The translations under genes were made by a program, and so were the position numbers. A stretch of DNA of 64,000 bases from Thermoanaerobaculum sp. (GTDB lineage: Bacteria; Acidobacteriota; Thermoanaerobaculia; Multivoradales; UBA5704), in contig JAJKHS010000091.1 of NCBI GenBank assembly GCA_021154885.1, forward strand, positions 9,089 to 73,088, in the 5' to 3' direction. Shown here piece after piece: positions 39,887 to 49,435 of this stretch. The notes beneath the pieces are model-generated. The model searched no databases. It was not told the DNA's origin and saw nothing but the letters and a program-made list of their open reading frames with translations. How positions within the stretch are numbered: the first letter of the stretch is position 1; the number at the start of each line of letters is the position of its first letter.

Positions 39887-39979
39887 TCACATCCCCGCGG
39901 CTGATAGGGTGGCCGCAGCCACCAGCAGGAGAACCGAAGCGAGGGACAGCGCCAGCATCTTCACGAACTCTTTGGTCAT
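39887..39979 (-). CDS. 30-aa hydrophobic small protein
   Basis: MTKEFVKMLALSLASVLLLVAAATLSAAGM after AAAGGGG RBS; not in the ORF track. Confidence 0.45.
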   Translation of the reverse strand: MTKEFVKMLALSLASVLLLVAAATLSAAGM

Positions 39980-40128
39980 GGCCTTACCCCTTTCGATGGT
40001 GATCTCGCCACTCCTGTCAGGCTCTGCAATCCCTTCCCTCGTTACAACGTCGCTTGGGATTCGATCCCCTCACCCGGTTTCTGACAAATCTAGACGCCAA
40101 ATGGGGGGCCAAGGTTTAGGTCCCCAAT

Positions 40129-40165
40129 GTAGAGACGCCCCACGGGGAACCCCGTGGGGCGTCTC
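40129..40165. repeat. GTAG-type REP palindrome
   Basis: GTA-GAGACGCCCCACGGGG-AA-CCCCGTGGGGCGTCTC, perfect 16-bp stem. Confidence 0.6.
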
Positions 40166-40193
40166 AGGTGCGGCTCCGGCCCGCCTGCTCTCC

Positions 40194-42614
40194 TCAGTGA
40201 TGCGAATAGGGCGACCGCAGAGGTGCGACCTCCACGACCGTCATCATGCCGCGGTCCTCGTGCGCGAGGATGTGGCAGTGGATGACGAAGTAGCCCGCAT
40301 AGTCGACGAAGCGGCTGCGCATCTTGAAATAGCCGGGGATGATGACCTGCTGCTGGGTTACGGGGTCCACGATCTTCGTGCCGTCCGCCAGGGTCGCGCC
40401 CAGCCCCGAGGGGATCGGGAACACGTCCCACCAGATCTCGTCCTTCGACGACGGGCCGCCGCCGTCGCACGGCTTCCAATCGTCAGGATTGCCGTGCGGG
40501 TCCAGATAGCACTGTCCGGGCTGGATCCCCGTCTTGTCGGTGACGTATTTCGGCAGGCCGTTGGGCAGCTTCACGTTCGGGCTGAACACCTCCACCACCT
40601 GGAACGGATTGATGTGAATGTGGAAGGGGTGGGAGATGCCGAGCGTCGCGTTCGTCACCTTCCACTGCTCGACCTTGTTCAGCAGGACGACGGCGCCGAC
40701 CTCGCCGTCGAACTTCTTGCCGTCGATGGTGTGAATGGCCGGCTGGGTCGGCGGCTTGGTCTGTTTCGCGGTCGCGAACGCGATCGTCTTGGTGCCGGTC
40801 ACCTCGCCGTCCTTGACGTCGCGCAGGAAGTCCGGGAAGCTCGGGGCCGCGGCGATGAGCTGCATGGCGGGCTTGTAGGGGGTGCCCGACACCTTGACCG
40901 TCAACAGGTTGATCTTGAACGGCGGGCCCTGGGAAGGGGGGACGGGAGGGGTGACGTCGCTCGGATCGACCTCGTTGTAGACCTGCACGGAGTACGTGCA
41001 CCCCTGCTTGTCGGTGCACGCCGCGTCCGGCGCCTTGACCAGGAGGTCGGCCCGATTGCCGGCCGCCAGCAGGAAGGAACGGTCCTCGCTCTTCTGATAG
41101 TTGACGTCCTTGAACTGCACGCCGTCCTGCGCCAGTTGCCGCCAGTGCAGGCCCGCGGGCGGCGCGAGGAAGTGCGTGCCGGCGCGGCCCGAGGTATTGA
41201 CGATGCGCCACATCTGCACCTCGCCCGGCCGCATGTGGATCACCGGGTTCATCCGGCCGTTGACGGAGAAATCGGGTCCCTTGTCCTGTCCGCCCCCCGG
41301 TGCCTTCAGGTTGGGGGAAACGCCGAACTGGTTGATCACCAGCACCGGCTGTCGGCGCGTCCAGTCAGGACCATACGCCTTGTATTTCTCGTTGAGCTCG
41401 TCGTCGTACTGGCCTTCGATGATGAAGGCTCCCGACATGCCGTTTTCGACGTCGATCGCCGTCGAGCCGTGCTTGTGCGCGTGATACCAGTGGGTGCCTG
41501 GCGACTGGCCCATCTGGAGGTCGTGGGTCGGCTGGTCTTCGTTGAGCTGTACGCTCGCCGCTGCGCCGTCCAGCTCCGCCGAGCCCTCACCGTCCATCTG
41601 CATCGCCGGCATCGCCGCGTGGCCGGCGGCTGGCGCCGGTGTCCCGGGGTACTCCGGCAGCTTGAAGCAGTAGGGATAGGAACCGAGGTAGTACTGCGGC
41701 CAGGCGCCCTCGTCCAGTTGCGCCTGATCCACCGGCCACAGCTTCCTGCCGTTGCCCGGTTGCTCGTCGAGCGTCTTCAGGAGCCGCCTCTGCTCATCCG
41801 TCCAGTCTTTGGGCAGGTCGGCCCATTTTCGCGGCCACTCCCGGTGACTCCCCTTCGCCAGCTCCGACTCGCAGCGATCGAAAAACTGGTCGAACACCGG
41901 GCGCACGCTCTCCGGGGTGACGGGAGCCCCGCCGGCCAGCCGCCGCGCCGACAGGATCTCGAGGAAGACGTTGTCGCCGGTCGTATTCGGATTCGTGTGC
42001 GTGCCGTGAAAATGCAGGTTGGCGGTGGTCGAGCCGTGGAAGCAGTTCGGGAACTTGTCCCCCTTCGGGTCCGTTCCCGGGTAGGGCGCGGAGGTCTCGT
42101 CGCAGGCTCCGGTGTCCCCGCGGTCGATCGAATTGCCGAAATTCCCCGGGTCGACGTTGTTGAGGAAGGCGAGCTCGATGACGTCGCCGACCCGGGCCCG
42201 CAGCGTCGGCCCGGGCAGCGGATCCGCAAAACCACCGGCCTGCGGCGGATAGGGGGGATACGGGGGGACCGCGTCGGGGCTGCGGAAAGCCCGCACGTAT
42301 TGGTTGAAGCACGCCGAGAAGGCGCTCGGGTCGCCGGGCTGCGTCGCCTTGCCGTTGGTCTTGGGCGGATTCCGGAAGGCCAGGCGGTCCAGCTCGCTCG
42401 TCACCGTGAAGGTGGCGCGCAACCTGCCGTCCTTGGAGATGAGCTCGGGTACCTTCACCAGGTCCTGCTGCGTGGGCAGGCACCGGACCTGGGACGTCGA
42501 GCCGGCGTCCGACGATTGGGCGCCCGCCGGCAGTGCCTGCAGCAGGACCACCGCCACCGCGACGACCGCCAGTGAATGGTTCTTGCGATCGTGAAGCTTG
42601 GCCTCGAAGGTCAT
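40194..42614 (-). CDS. Secreted multicopper oxidase
   Basis: HFHGTH, HWYHAHKH, HPFHIH, HCHILAHEDRGMM copper motifs; signal ALPAGA-Q. Confidence 0.92.
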   Translation of the reverse strand: MTFEAKLHDRKNHSLAVVAVAVVLLQALPAGAQSSDAGSTSQVRCLPTQQDLVKVPELISKDGRLRATFTVTSELDRLAFRNPPKTNGKATQPGDPSAFSACFNQYVRAFRSPDAVPPYPPYPPQAGGFADPLPGPTLRARVGDVIELAFLNNVDPGNFGNSIDRGDTGACDETSAPYPGTDPKGDKFPNCFHGSTTANLHFHGTHTNPNTTGDNVFLEILSARRLAGGAPVTPESVRPVFDQFFDRCESELAKGSHREWPRKWADLPKDWTDEQRRLLKTLDEQPGNGRKLWPVDQAQLDEGAWPQYYLGSYPYCFKLPEYPGTPAPAAGHAAMPAMQMDGEGSAELDGAAASVQLNEDQPTHDLQMGQSPGTHWYHAHKHGSTAIDVENGMSGAFIIEGQYDDELNEKYKAYGPDWTRRQPVLVINQFGVSPNLKAPGGGQDKGPDFSVNGRMNPVIHMRPGEVQMWRIVNTSGRAGTHFLAPPAGLHWRQLAQDGVQFKDVNYQKSEDRSFLLAAGNRADLLVKAPDAACTDKQGCTYSVQVYNEVDPSDVTPPVPPSQGPPFKINLLTVKVSGTPYKPAMQLIAAAPSFPDFLRDVKDGEVTGTKTIAFATAKQTKPPTQPAIHTIDGKKFDGEVGAVVLLNKVEQWKVTNATLGISHPFHIHINPFQVVEVFSPNVKLPNGLPKYVTDKTGIQPGQCYLDPHGNPDDWKPCDGGGPSSKDEIWWDVFPIPSGLGATLADGTKIVDPVTQQQVIIPGYFKMRSRFVDYAGYFVIHCHILAHEDRGMMTVVEVAPLRSPYSHH

Positions 42615-42615
42615 C

Positions 42616-43014
42616 TCATTCCTCCCCTTCCGGCGGCAGGTTCTGCACGGCGAAGACGACGATCGTGCCGTACTCCTCCGGGTGCAGCTTGCAGCCATAG
42701 GAGATCGTCGCCGGGGCCGCCGCCGTGACGTAGTAGTCCGGCCGCGACGACTGCCCGGGCAGGATCGGGTCCGTCGCAAAGCTCTTGTCGGTCAGCTCCG
42801 GCTGATGGGTCTCGTCCGTGGTGTTGTTCCAAGTGATCAAAGAATACTGAGGTACTTGCTGGCAGTCCGGTACGAACGCCGCCCCTTCTCCAGCCACAGA
42901 TGCTTCCTCGCCCAGTGCCAGGTCGCCGGTCTCGTAGTCCTCGACCTCATCGTCCGGTATGAACGCCGCACCTCCTCCAGCCGCCGCAACGATCTTGATC
43001 GAAAAGTCGGGCAT
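42616..43014 (-). CDS. Small cupredoxin-like protein
   Basis: TWNN...THQP and YGCKLHP motifs; stops 1 nt before the multicopper oxidase start; GGGAGG RBS. Confidence 0.6.
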   Translation of the reverse strand: MPDFSIKIVAAAGGGAAFIPDDEVEDYETGDLALGEEASVAGEGAAFVPDCQQVPQYSLITWNNTTDETHQPELTDKSFATDPILPGQSSRPDYYVTAAAPATISYGCKLHPEEYGTIVVFAVQNLPPEGEE

Positions 43015-43206
43015 GATGATCCTCCTCCCAAGGGCTTTTGCCGTGGTGACGATCGTGACAGTGAGCTCGCAGCTCACGCCAGGACCCGCACATCGAAGAG
43101 ATTTCGCAGGGCAGTATCCCGCAACGGTGACCGCGGTGCAAGCGCGGGCCGGGCTCCTCGCGGGGAGCCCGGAGCGGAGGGAGGTTCCAGCGGGGGAGAT
43201 CGGGCG

Positions 43207-43452
43207 TCACGCCCGGCGGATGAGCCTCAGGATGAAGATGAGCACCACCGCTCCTATGAAGGCGACGAAGATGGTGCCCGCCAGGCCGCCGAACGGCGTG
43301 TGCCAGTGCATCTGGCGAAAGATCCAGCCGCCGATGAAGGCGCCGACGATGCCGATGATGATGTCGCCGATGATCCCATAGCCGCCCCCGGCGACGAGCG
43401 ACGCCAGGACTCCGGCCACCAGTCCGACGATGATCCAGGTCAGGATGTCCAT
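43207..43452 (-). CDS. GlsB/YeaQ/YmgE (transglycosylase-associated) membrane protein
   Basis: WIIVGLVAG.LA...GIVGAFIGG, three TM helices. Confidence 0.9.
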   Translation of the reverse strand: MDILTWIIVGLVAGVLASLVAGGGYGIIGDIIIGIVGAFIGGWIFRQMHWHTPFGGLAGTIFVAFIGAVVLIFILRLIRRA

Positions 43453-43557
43453 AACCGCGATTCTCCCGTGACGAAAGGCCGGGGGTTCCGGCCGGGTTCG
43501 GTGCCGACACTACGACGGCCGGAACCGAAGCACGTCGTATGCCACCGGCTCACAGGA

Positions 43558-43863
43558 TTACTGCTTGCCCTGGTCCTGCATCTCGTTGAGCTCCCGGCGT
43601 TCCTGGTCGAGCTTGTTGACGGCCTCGGCCTTCTCCTCGTCGGTGCCCTGCATGTTGCGGATCTCCTCCGCCTTGCGGTCGATCTCCGCGGCCTTGTCCT
43701 GCATCTTGCGGGTGCGCTCCGCCTCGTCGCCCGCGGGGTTGGAGCCGGCCTCCGCGGCGGGCGGCTTGCCATCCGCCTTGCAGCCCCACGACAACGGCAG
43801 CGACAGCGCGAGGAGCGTCAGGATCAGCCACGACAGCGGACGGCGCACACGGCTCCCTTGCAT
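43558..43863 (-). CDS. Small coiled-coil lipoprotein
   Basis: Hydrophobic signal with LSWGC lipobox; charged helical body. Confidence 0.6.
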   Translation of the reverse strand: MQGSRVRRPLSWLILTLLALSLPLSWGCKADGKPPAAEAGSNPAGDEAERTRKMQDKAAEIDRKAEEIRNMQGTDEEKAEAVNKLDQERRELNEMQDQGKQ

Positions 43864-43949
43864 GGGAAATCTCCTTCTCTGCAAAGCTTCGTTGCCCGCA
43901 GCTTAGCACGCCGGGCATTGCAGATAGGGTCCCGAAGAGCCGGAGGCGC

Positions 43950-44435
43950 TCAATCCCCGGGCAGGACCGTGATGATCCCCATCATCGGCGTGCCGTGGTT
44001 GCCGTCGGAATCCTCGATGCCCCCCTTGGACCCGGGCGCCGCCGGCTGATTGTCCGCATCCAGATGAGCGTGGAAATGGCAGTAGTAGACGAAGGTGCCG
44101 GGATGGCCGAAGTGGAGGACCAGCGTCCCGGGCTTGCCGCCGTTGTTGTCGGTTCCCTTCAAAACGACATTGATCCCCCGGTTGCCGGCGGTGTTGAAGG
44201 CGTCGTCGCTGACCACCGTATGGTCGTCGGTGTCCATGTTGATCCAGCGCACGGAATCGCCGGCGCGGATGTTCTGCGCGAAGGGCGTGAAGCGATCCTC
44301 CTCGGGCACGATGACCTGGTTGTGGGCGACGTGTGCCGGCTGCGCGCTGGGGTTGGGGGCGGCGGCGACCAGGAACATGAGAAGAGCGAGGGACGAGATC
44401 AGGATGGTCGTCGGCTGGTGGAGCTTCGGCTTCAT
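43950..44435 (-). CDS. Secreted cupredoxin (plastocyanin/azurin-like)
   Basis: FTP...AGDSVRWIN...HTV, PGTFVYYCHFH...PMMG; AAAGGAG RBS. Confidence 0.8.
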   Translation of the reverse strand: MKPKLHQPTTILISSLALLMFLVAAAPNPSAQPAHVAHNQVIVPEEDRFTPFAQNIRAGDSVRWINMDTDDHTVVSDDAFNTAGNRGINVVLKGTDNNGGKPGTLVLHFGHPGTFVYYCHFHAHLDADNQPAAPGSKGGIEDSDGNHGTPMMGIITVLPGD

Positions 44436-44533
44436 GAGCAGACTCCTTTCGTCAGGTGCCTCATTCATTCGCCCTCCCAATCCAAAGGACTCATCAGTTC
44501 CCGCCTCTCCGGGCGGATCAGCGTCGTAAAGCG

Positions 44534-44549
44534 TGCAAGAAAAATGCCT
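44534..44549 (-). promoter_or_regulatory. Possible sigma54 promoter
   Basis: Minus-strand AGGCATTTTTCTTGCA (GG-N10-GC) upstream of the cupredoxin gene. Confidence 0.35.
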
Positions 44550-44550
44550 T

Positions 44551-44880
44551 GAGGGTGTTTCAAAAGTCCTTCCGAAGCCGCCTCCCCGCCCGGGCATGAA
44601 TGCCAGGGCTAAGAACGGTGCCGGATGAATCCGGCTTGAAGCCTCCTTCAGGAGGCGCTGTTCCTAGGAGGGTGCGCGGCAGAAACTCGAAGACAGGGAC
44701 AGCAGGGACACCAGAGACAGCAGGGACGAAAAATCTCGGGTCTTGACTAAGTTTTCACGTCCCTGTTGTCCCTGAAGTCCCTACTGTCCCTGCTGTCCTG
44801 CACCAACGCTGCCTACGAGCTTCTCTGCCGCGCAGGCTCCTAGGAGGGTGACGTCGCTCGCACCGAAGACACCCTCTGAG
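44551..44880. repeat. Composite repeat region including 9-nt-array element copy C (44663-44850)
   Basis: Outer GAGGGTGT/ACACCCTC inverted ends, short hairpins, CAGGGAC/GTCCCTG arrays; TCCTAGGAGGGTG repeated at 44662 and 44838. Confidence 0.7.
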
Positions 44881-44960
44881 CCATCTGCAAATCAGGTAAA
44901 GTACCTTCCGGGGAGAGCCGGTCCAGAGTCCGCAACCACAAAACACGACGGAGGTAGCCG

Positions 44961-45146
44961 ATGAAAAGATTGATCTGCCTTGCCAGCGTCCTTCTAGCAG
45001 CCTTCCTGGCGCTCCCGGCGCCCACCCCCGCCATGCCGGTCGGGGGTTGCACGTACAGGGAGTGCATCTTGGGATGCACCGATTGTCCCTGGGGCCATAC
45101 GTCCTACTGCATCAGCACCGCCGATTGCTTCTGCGGCTGCCGCTGA
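44961..45146 (+). CDS. Secreted defensin-like Cys-rich peptide, 61 aa
   Basis: GGAGG RBS; Sec signal; mature region with 8 Cys including CxxxC and CxCxC. Confidence 0.7.
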   Translation: MKRLICLASVLLAAFLALPAPTPAMPVGGCTYRECILGCTDCPWGHTSYCISTADCFCGCR

Positions 45147-45339
45147 GCCGCTGATCCCCCCGGACCGGCCTCCCCAAGTCCGGGCTGCGATGGCGTGGTC
45201 TTTCCGATCGAGATATACAGAAAAGCCTTTGTAGCCCTGGAGAGCTCCGGCTCCCCAACTCGTAATTCTTTCCCGCCGGCCGAGCTCTTCCAAAGCGCCT
45301 GACAGAGTCTTCCCCCGTTGAAGGATGCATCTCCTTCGA

Positions 45340-45355
45340 TGGTTTATTCCTTGCA
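45340..45355 (+). promoter_or_regulatory. Possible sigma54 promoter
   Basis: TGGTTTATTCCTTGCA (GG-N10-GC) ahead of the sugar operon. Confidence 0.3.
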
Positions 45356-45409
45356 TCAGAAATTCGTGCTTTAAAGTGAAACAACCAGGGGCGCGCGGGT
45401 CAGCTCGGC

Positions 45410-47179
45410 GTGTCGAGAAAGGTTCGGAGTCCGGTGGAGTCTTTGGCGAATCGCGTTCTGCTCACCATTGGAGTCGAGGACTACTACCAGGTCGGCTCGT
45501 TCGACGGGTTGATCCAGAAGGAGCACTGGTACCGTTTCGAGACCCGCATCGCCCGCAATACGGCGAAGGCGCTCGACCTGCTGGCGGCCTTCGACGTGCG
45601 GGCCACGTTCTTCGTCCTCGGCTGGGTGGCGGACGCGATGCCGGAGGTGGTGCGCGAGATCGTCCGCCGCGGGCACGAGGTCGCGAGCGGCGGCTACTGG
45701 CACCGCACCATACGGCAGATGAGCCCGGCGGAGTTCCGCGACGACCTGCGGCGCTCCCGCGAGGCCCTGGAGCGGGCGGCCGGGGTCCGCGTCTGCGGCC
45801 ACCGGGTGCCCCACTTCCTCCAGCCCTCGGACCTCTGGGCCCTCGACGTGGTGGCCGAGGAGGGCTACGCCTACGACTCCAGCCTCCGCCCCCTGCTGCG
45901 CCAGTCCGCCGCCGAGCCCTGGCTGCACGCCGTCCACCGCCGCGCCGCGGGCGGCCGGACGCTGTGGGAGATCCCGCCCTCCTCGGTGACGCTCGGCGGC
46001 CTGGCCCTGCCGCTCGCAGGCGGCAACTACTTCCGCCAGCTCCCCTACACGCTGGTCAAGCCGCTGGTGCGGCTCTGGCACCGCCAGCATTCCGCTCCCT
46101 TCGTCCTCTACTTCCACGTCTGGGAACTCGACCCCGGGCAGCCGACGCTCAACACCGGCTCGCTGCTGACCCGCGTCCGCCACTACCGCAACCTCGACAA
46201 GATGGAGTGGGTGCTGGAGGACTTCTTCCGCACCAGCCGGGTGCTGAGCATCGCCGACTATCTCGGACTCGATCCCGGCCCCATGGTCCAGGAAACAACG
46301 GCGGCGCCTGTGGCAACATCGCTGAAATCACTGAAGCCGCCGCAGCCGGCGAAGCATCCCAGCCGTGGGGGTTTGAGCCTCGTGCCGCGCCGGGCGCGCG
46401 TACCGGTCACCCTCGTCGTCCCCTGCTGCAACGAGGAGCGGTCGCTGGAGTACCTGGCCAACACGCTGCGCAGCGTGCGGCTCTGGCTGGGCCGGGACTA
46501 CGAGCTCGCCTTCGTCTTCGTGGACGACGCCAGCGGCGACGGCACGTGGGACCTCCTGCACCGGCTCTTCGGCGCGCGGTCCGACACCACGCTCCTGCGC
46601 CACGACCGCAACCGCGGCGTGGCGGCGGCGATCCTCACCGGCCTGCACGCCGCGGGCACGGAGATCGTCTGCTCGATCGACTGCGACTGCACCTACGATC
46701 CGCACGGGCTGGCGGAGATGATTCCCCGGCTCGCGGAAGGGGTGGACCTGGTCACCGCCTCGCCCTATCACCCGCGCGGCCGGGTGCTGAACGTGCCGGC
46801 CTGGCGCCTGGCGCTCTCCCGCGGCGCCTCCTTCCTCTACCGGCAGGTGCTGCGCCAGAGGCTCCACACCTACACGAGCTGCTTCCGCGTCTACCGCCGG
46901 CGGGCGCTGGCCGATCTGACGCTGCGCGAAGAGGGGTTCCTGGGGATCGCCGAGATGCTCGCCCGGCTGGACCTCCAGGGCTCGACGGTGGTGGAGCATC
47001 CCACGACGCTGGAGGTGCGGCTCCTTGGCCATTCCAAGATGAAGGTCCTGCGCTCGGTGGCGGGACATCTGCGGCTCCTCGCCCGGCTGGCGGCCCTGCG
47101 GCTCTTCGGGGCGCGCCGGCGGACGGGTGTGGCGGCGGTCGATCTCCGGCCTTCGGTTTCGGGAGCTCACCATGAATGA
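45410..47179 (+). CDS. Polysaccharide deacetylase-like (XrtA-system type) domain fused to GT2 polyprenol-phosphate glycosyltransferase
   Basis: VEDYYQ, ATFFVLGW, GGNYFR, YFHVWELDP; then PCCNEE, VDDASGD, IDCDCTYDP, R..GHSK. Confidence 0.85.
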   Translation: MSRKVRSPVESLANRVLLTIGVEDYYQVGSFDGLIQKEHWYRFETRIARNTAKALDLLAAFDVRATFFVLGWVADAMPEVVREIVRRGHEVASGGYWHRTIRQMSPAEFRDDLRRSREALERAAGVRVCGHRVPHFLQPSDLWALDVVAEEGYAYDSSLRPLLRQSAAEPWLHAVHRRAAGGRTLWEIPPSSVTLGGLALPLAGGNYFRQLPYTLVKPLVRLWHRQHSAPFVLYFHVWELDPGQPTLNTGSLLTRVRHYRNLDKMEWVLEDFFRTSRVLSIADYLGLDPGPMVQETTAAPVATSLKSLKPPQPAKHPSRGGLSLVPRRARVPVTLVVPCCNEERSLEYLANTLRSVRLWLGRDYELAFVFVDDASGDGTWDLLHRLFGARSDTTLLRHDRNRGVAAAILTGLHAAGTEIVCSIDCDCTYDPHGLAEMIPRLAEGVDLVTASPYHPRGRVLNVPAWRLALSRGASFLYRQVLRQRLHTYTSCFRVYRRRALADLTLREEGFLGIAEMLARLDLQGSTVVEHPTTLEVRLLGHSKMKVLRSVAGHLRLLARLAALRLFGARRRTGVAAVDLRPSVSGAHHE

Positions 47180-48386
47180 GCCCCTGCCTTCGGACCAGGA
47201 CGCCTCCGGGCGGAGCTTCGGCGACGGCGAGCTGGCGCTGCTCGCCGAGGTCCTGCGCAGCGGCACGCTGTGCAGCACCCGGGGGAGCGTCGTCCGCAGC
47301 TTCGAGCGGCGCTTTGCCGAGACGCTCGGCGTCCGCCATGCCTGGGCCTGCTCCTCGGGCACCGCCGCCTTCCATACCGCCGTGGCGGCGATCGACCCCG
47401 AGCCGGGGGACGAGATCGTCGCCTCCCCCGTCACCGACATGGGCGCGCTGGCGCCGATCCTCTATCAGGGGGCGATCCCCGTCTTCGCCGACATCGACGC
47501 GGCGACCTGCAACGTCACGGCGGCGACGATCGAGCCCTGCCTCGGCGCGCGCACCCGCGCCATCGCCGTCACCCATCTGTTCGGCAATCCGTGCGACATG
47601 AGACCCATCCTGGATCTCGCCCGCGGCCGGGGCATCCCGGTGATCGAGGATTGCGCGCAGGCCTTCCTGGCCCGCGACCGGGGGCGGACGGTGGGGACGC
47701 TCGGCACGATCGGCGTCTTCAGCCTGCAGCAGGGCAAGCACGTCACCTGCGGCGAGGGCGGGCTGGTGGTCACGGACGACGACGCCCTGGCCCGCCGCAT
47801 GAACCTCTTCATCAACAAGGCCTGGGGTTACGGCGACCCGCACCCGGACCACACCTTCCTCGCCCTCAACTACCGGCTGAGCGAGCTCCAGGGAGCGGTG
47901 GCCCTGGCGCAGCTCCCGCGGCTCGCAGCCTTCGTGGCGCGGCGGATCGCCAACGCCGCCCGGCTCACTGCGGCCCTGCGGAACCTGCCGGGAATCGGAG
48001 CTCCCCAGGTAAGGCCGGAGAGCGTCCACGCCTACTGGCGCTTTTGTCTGCGAGTCGATTCCGAGGTGCTCCCGGGCGGCGTAGTGGCGCTGGGGGCGCG
48101 GCTCAGGGAGCGAGGCATCGCCGCGGCGCCGCGCTACATCCAGAAGCCGGCCTTCGCGTGCGAGGTGTTCCAGCAGCAGCGGACCTTCGGCGCCAGCCGC
48201 TGGCCGTTCACCCTGGCACGCCCCGAAGCGCTCGACTATCGCCCCTGCCGCTTTCCCGGCGTGGTCGCGGCCCTCGATTCCCTCCTCGTCCTGCCCTGGA
48301 ACGAGCGCTTCGAGGAGAAGCACGTGGACTTTCTCGCGGCCTGCATCCACGAGGCCGCCGGCGGCCTGATGCGGGAGGCGGCGTGA
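47172..48386 (+). CDS. DegT/DnrJ/EryC1/StrS sugar aminotransferase
   Basis: SSGTAA, IEDCAQA, FSLQQGKHVTCGEGG. Confidence 0.92.
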   Translation: MNEPLPSDQDASGRSFGDGELALLAEVLRSGTLCSTRGSVVRSFERRFAETLGVRHAWACSSGTAAFHTAVAAIDPEPGDEIVASPVTDMGALAPILYQGAIPVFADIDAATCNVTAATIEPCLGARTRAIAVTHLFGNPCDMRPILDLARGRGIPVIEDCAQAFLARDRGRTVGTLGTIGVFSLQQGKHVTCGEGGLVVTDDDALARRMNLFINKAWGYGDPHPDHTFLALNYRLSELQGAVALAQLPRLAAFVARRIANAARLTAALRNLPGIGAPQVRPESVHAYWRFCLRVDSEVLPGGVVALGARLRERGIAAAPRYIQKPAFACEVFQQQRTFGASRWPFTLARPEALDYRPCRFPGVVAALDSLLVLPWNERFEEKHVDFLAACIHEAAGGLMREAA

Positions 48387-49435
48387 GCGAGCCCCTGCGC
48401 TCCGGGCTGCGCTTCGGGCTGATCGGGGCGGGGCGGATCGCTGAAGCCTATGTCCAGGCGTTCGCGGGCCAGGAGCGGGCCCGCATCGTGGCCGTGGCGG
48501 ACGTGCGGCCCGAGGCCGCCTTCGCGCTGGCCGGCCGGCTGGGCTACCCGGCCTTCGCGTCGCACAAGGCCATGTCCCTGGCCTGCCCGCTCGACGCCGT
48601 CGTCGTCTGCACGCCGCCGGTCTCGCACCCAGACGTCGCGCTCCACTTCCTGCGGCGGCGCGTCCACGTCCTCTGCGAAAAGCCCCTCAGCATCGATTCC
48701 CACAGCGCGCGGCTGATGGCGCACGTCGCCCGCCGCACGGGCGCAGTGCTCGCCATGGCCTCCAAGTTCCGCTACGTGGAGGACGTGGTCCGCGCCAGAG
48801 ACCTGGTTGCATCCGGAACGATCGGCGAGATCGTGCAGGCGGAAAACTCTTTCACCGGGCGCATCGACATGTCGGCGCGCTGGAGCTCCGATCCGCGCTT
48901 AAGCGGCGGCGGCGTGCTGATCGACAACGGCACCCATTCGGTCGATCTGCTGCGCTGCTTCCTCGGCCCGCTCGTGGAGGTGCAGGTCGTGGAGGGGCCG
49001 CGCAGCCAGGGGCTCGCCGTCGAGGAGACCGTCCGCCTCTTCGTGCGCAACGCCGCCGGCGTCCTGGGGAGCATCGACCTGTCGTGGAGCCTCGGCAAGG
49101 AGACGGCGAGCTATCTCACGCTCTATGGCACTGAGGGCGTCCTCCACCTCGGCTGGCGGGGGTCGCGCTACCGGCGAACCGGGAGCGAGGACTGGGTCTC
49201 CTTCGGCACCGGCTACGACAAGCTCCAGGCCTTCCGCTCACAGATCGAGAACTTCGTGCGGGCGATCGCGGGAGAAGAGGAGCTGCGGATCACCATGGCC
49301 GACGCGCTCGCCTCCGTCGAGGTCGTCGAGGCCGCCTACCGCGCCCTCCACGCCAGCCGCTGGACGGCGATCGGCGATCCCGAGCGCCTGCGCCGGCCTC
49401 GCACCTTATCCCTGGTGGCGGGCGAGCGGCGATGA
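48383..49435 (+). CDS. Gfo/Idh/MocA NAD-dependent oxidoreductase
   Basis: GLIGAGRIA, HVLCEKP, GGGVLIDNGTH; GTGA overlap. Confidence 0.9.
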   Translation: MSEPLRSGLRFGLIGAGRIAEAYVQAFAGQERARIVAVADVRPEAAFALAGRLGYPAFASHKAMSLACPLDAVVVCTPPVSHPDVALHFLRRRVHVLCEKPLSIDSHSARLMAHVARRTGAVLAMASKFRYVEDVVRARDLVASGTIGEIVQAENSFTGRIDMSARWSSDPRLSGGGVLIDNGTHSVDLLRCFLGPLVEVQVVEGPRSQGLAVEETVRLFVRNAAGVLGSIDLSWSLGKETASYLTLYGTEGVLHLGWRGSRYRRTGSEDWVSFGTGYDKLQAFRSQIENFVRAIAGEEELRITMADALASVEVVEAAYRALHASRWTAIGDPERLRRPRTLSLVAGERR

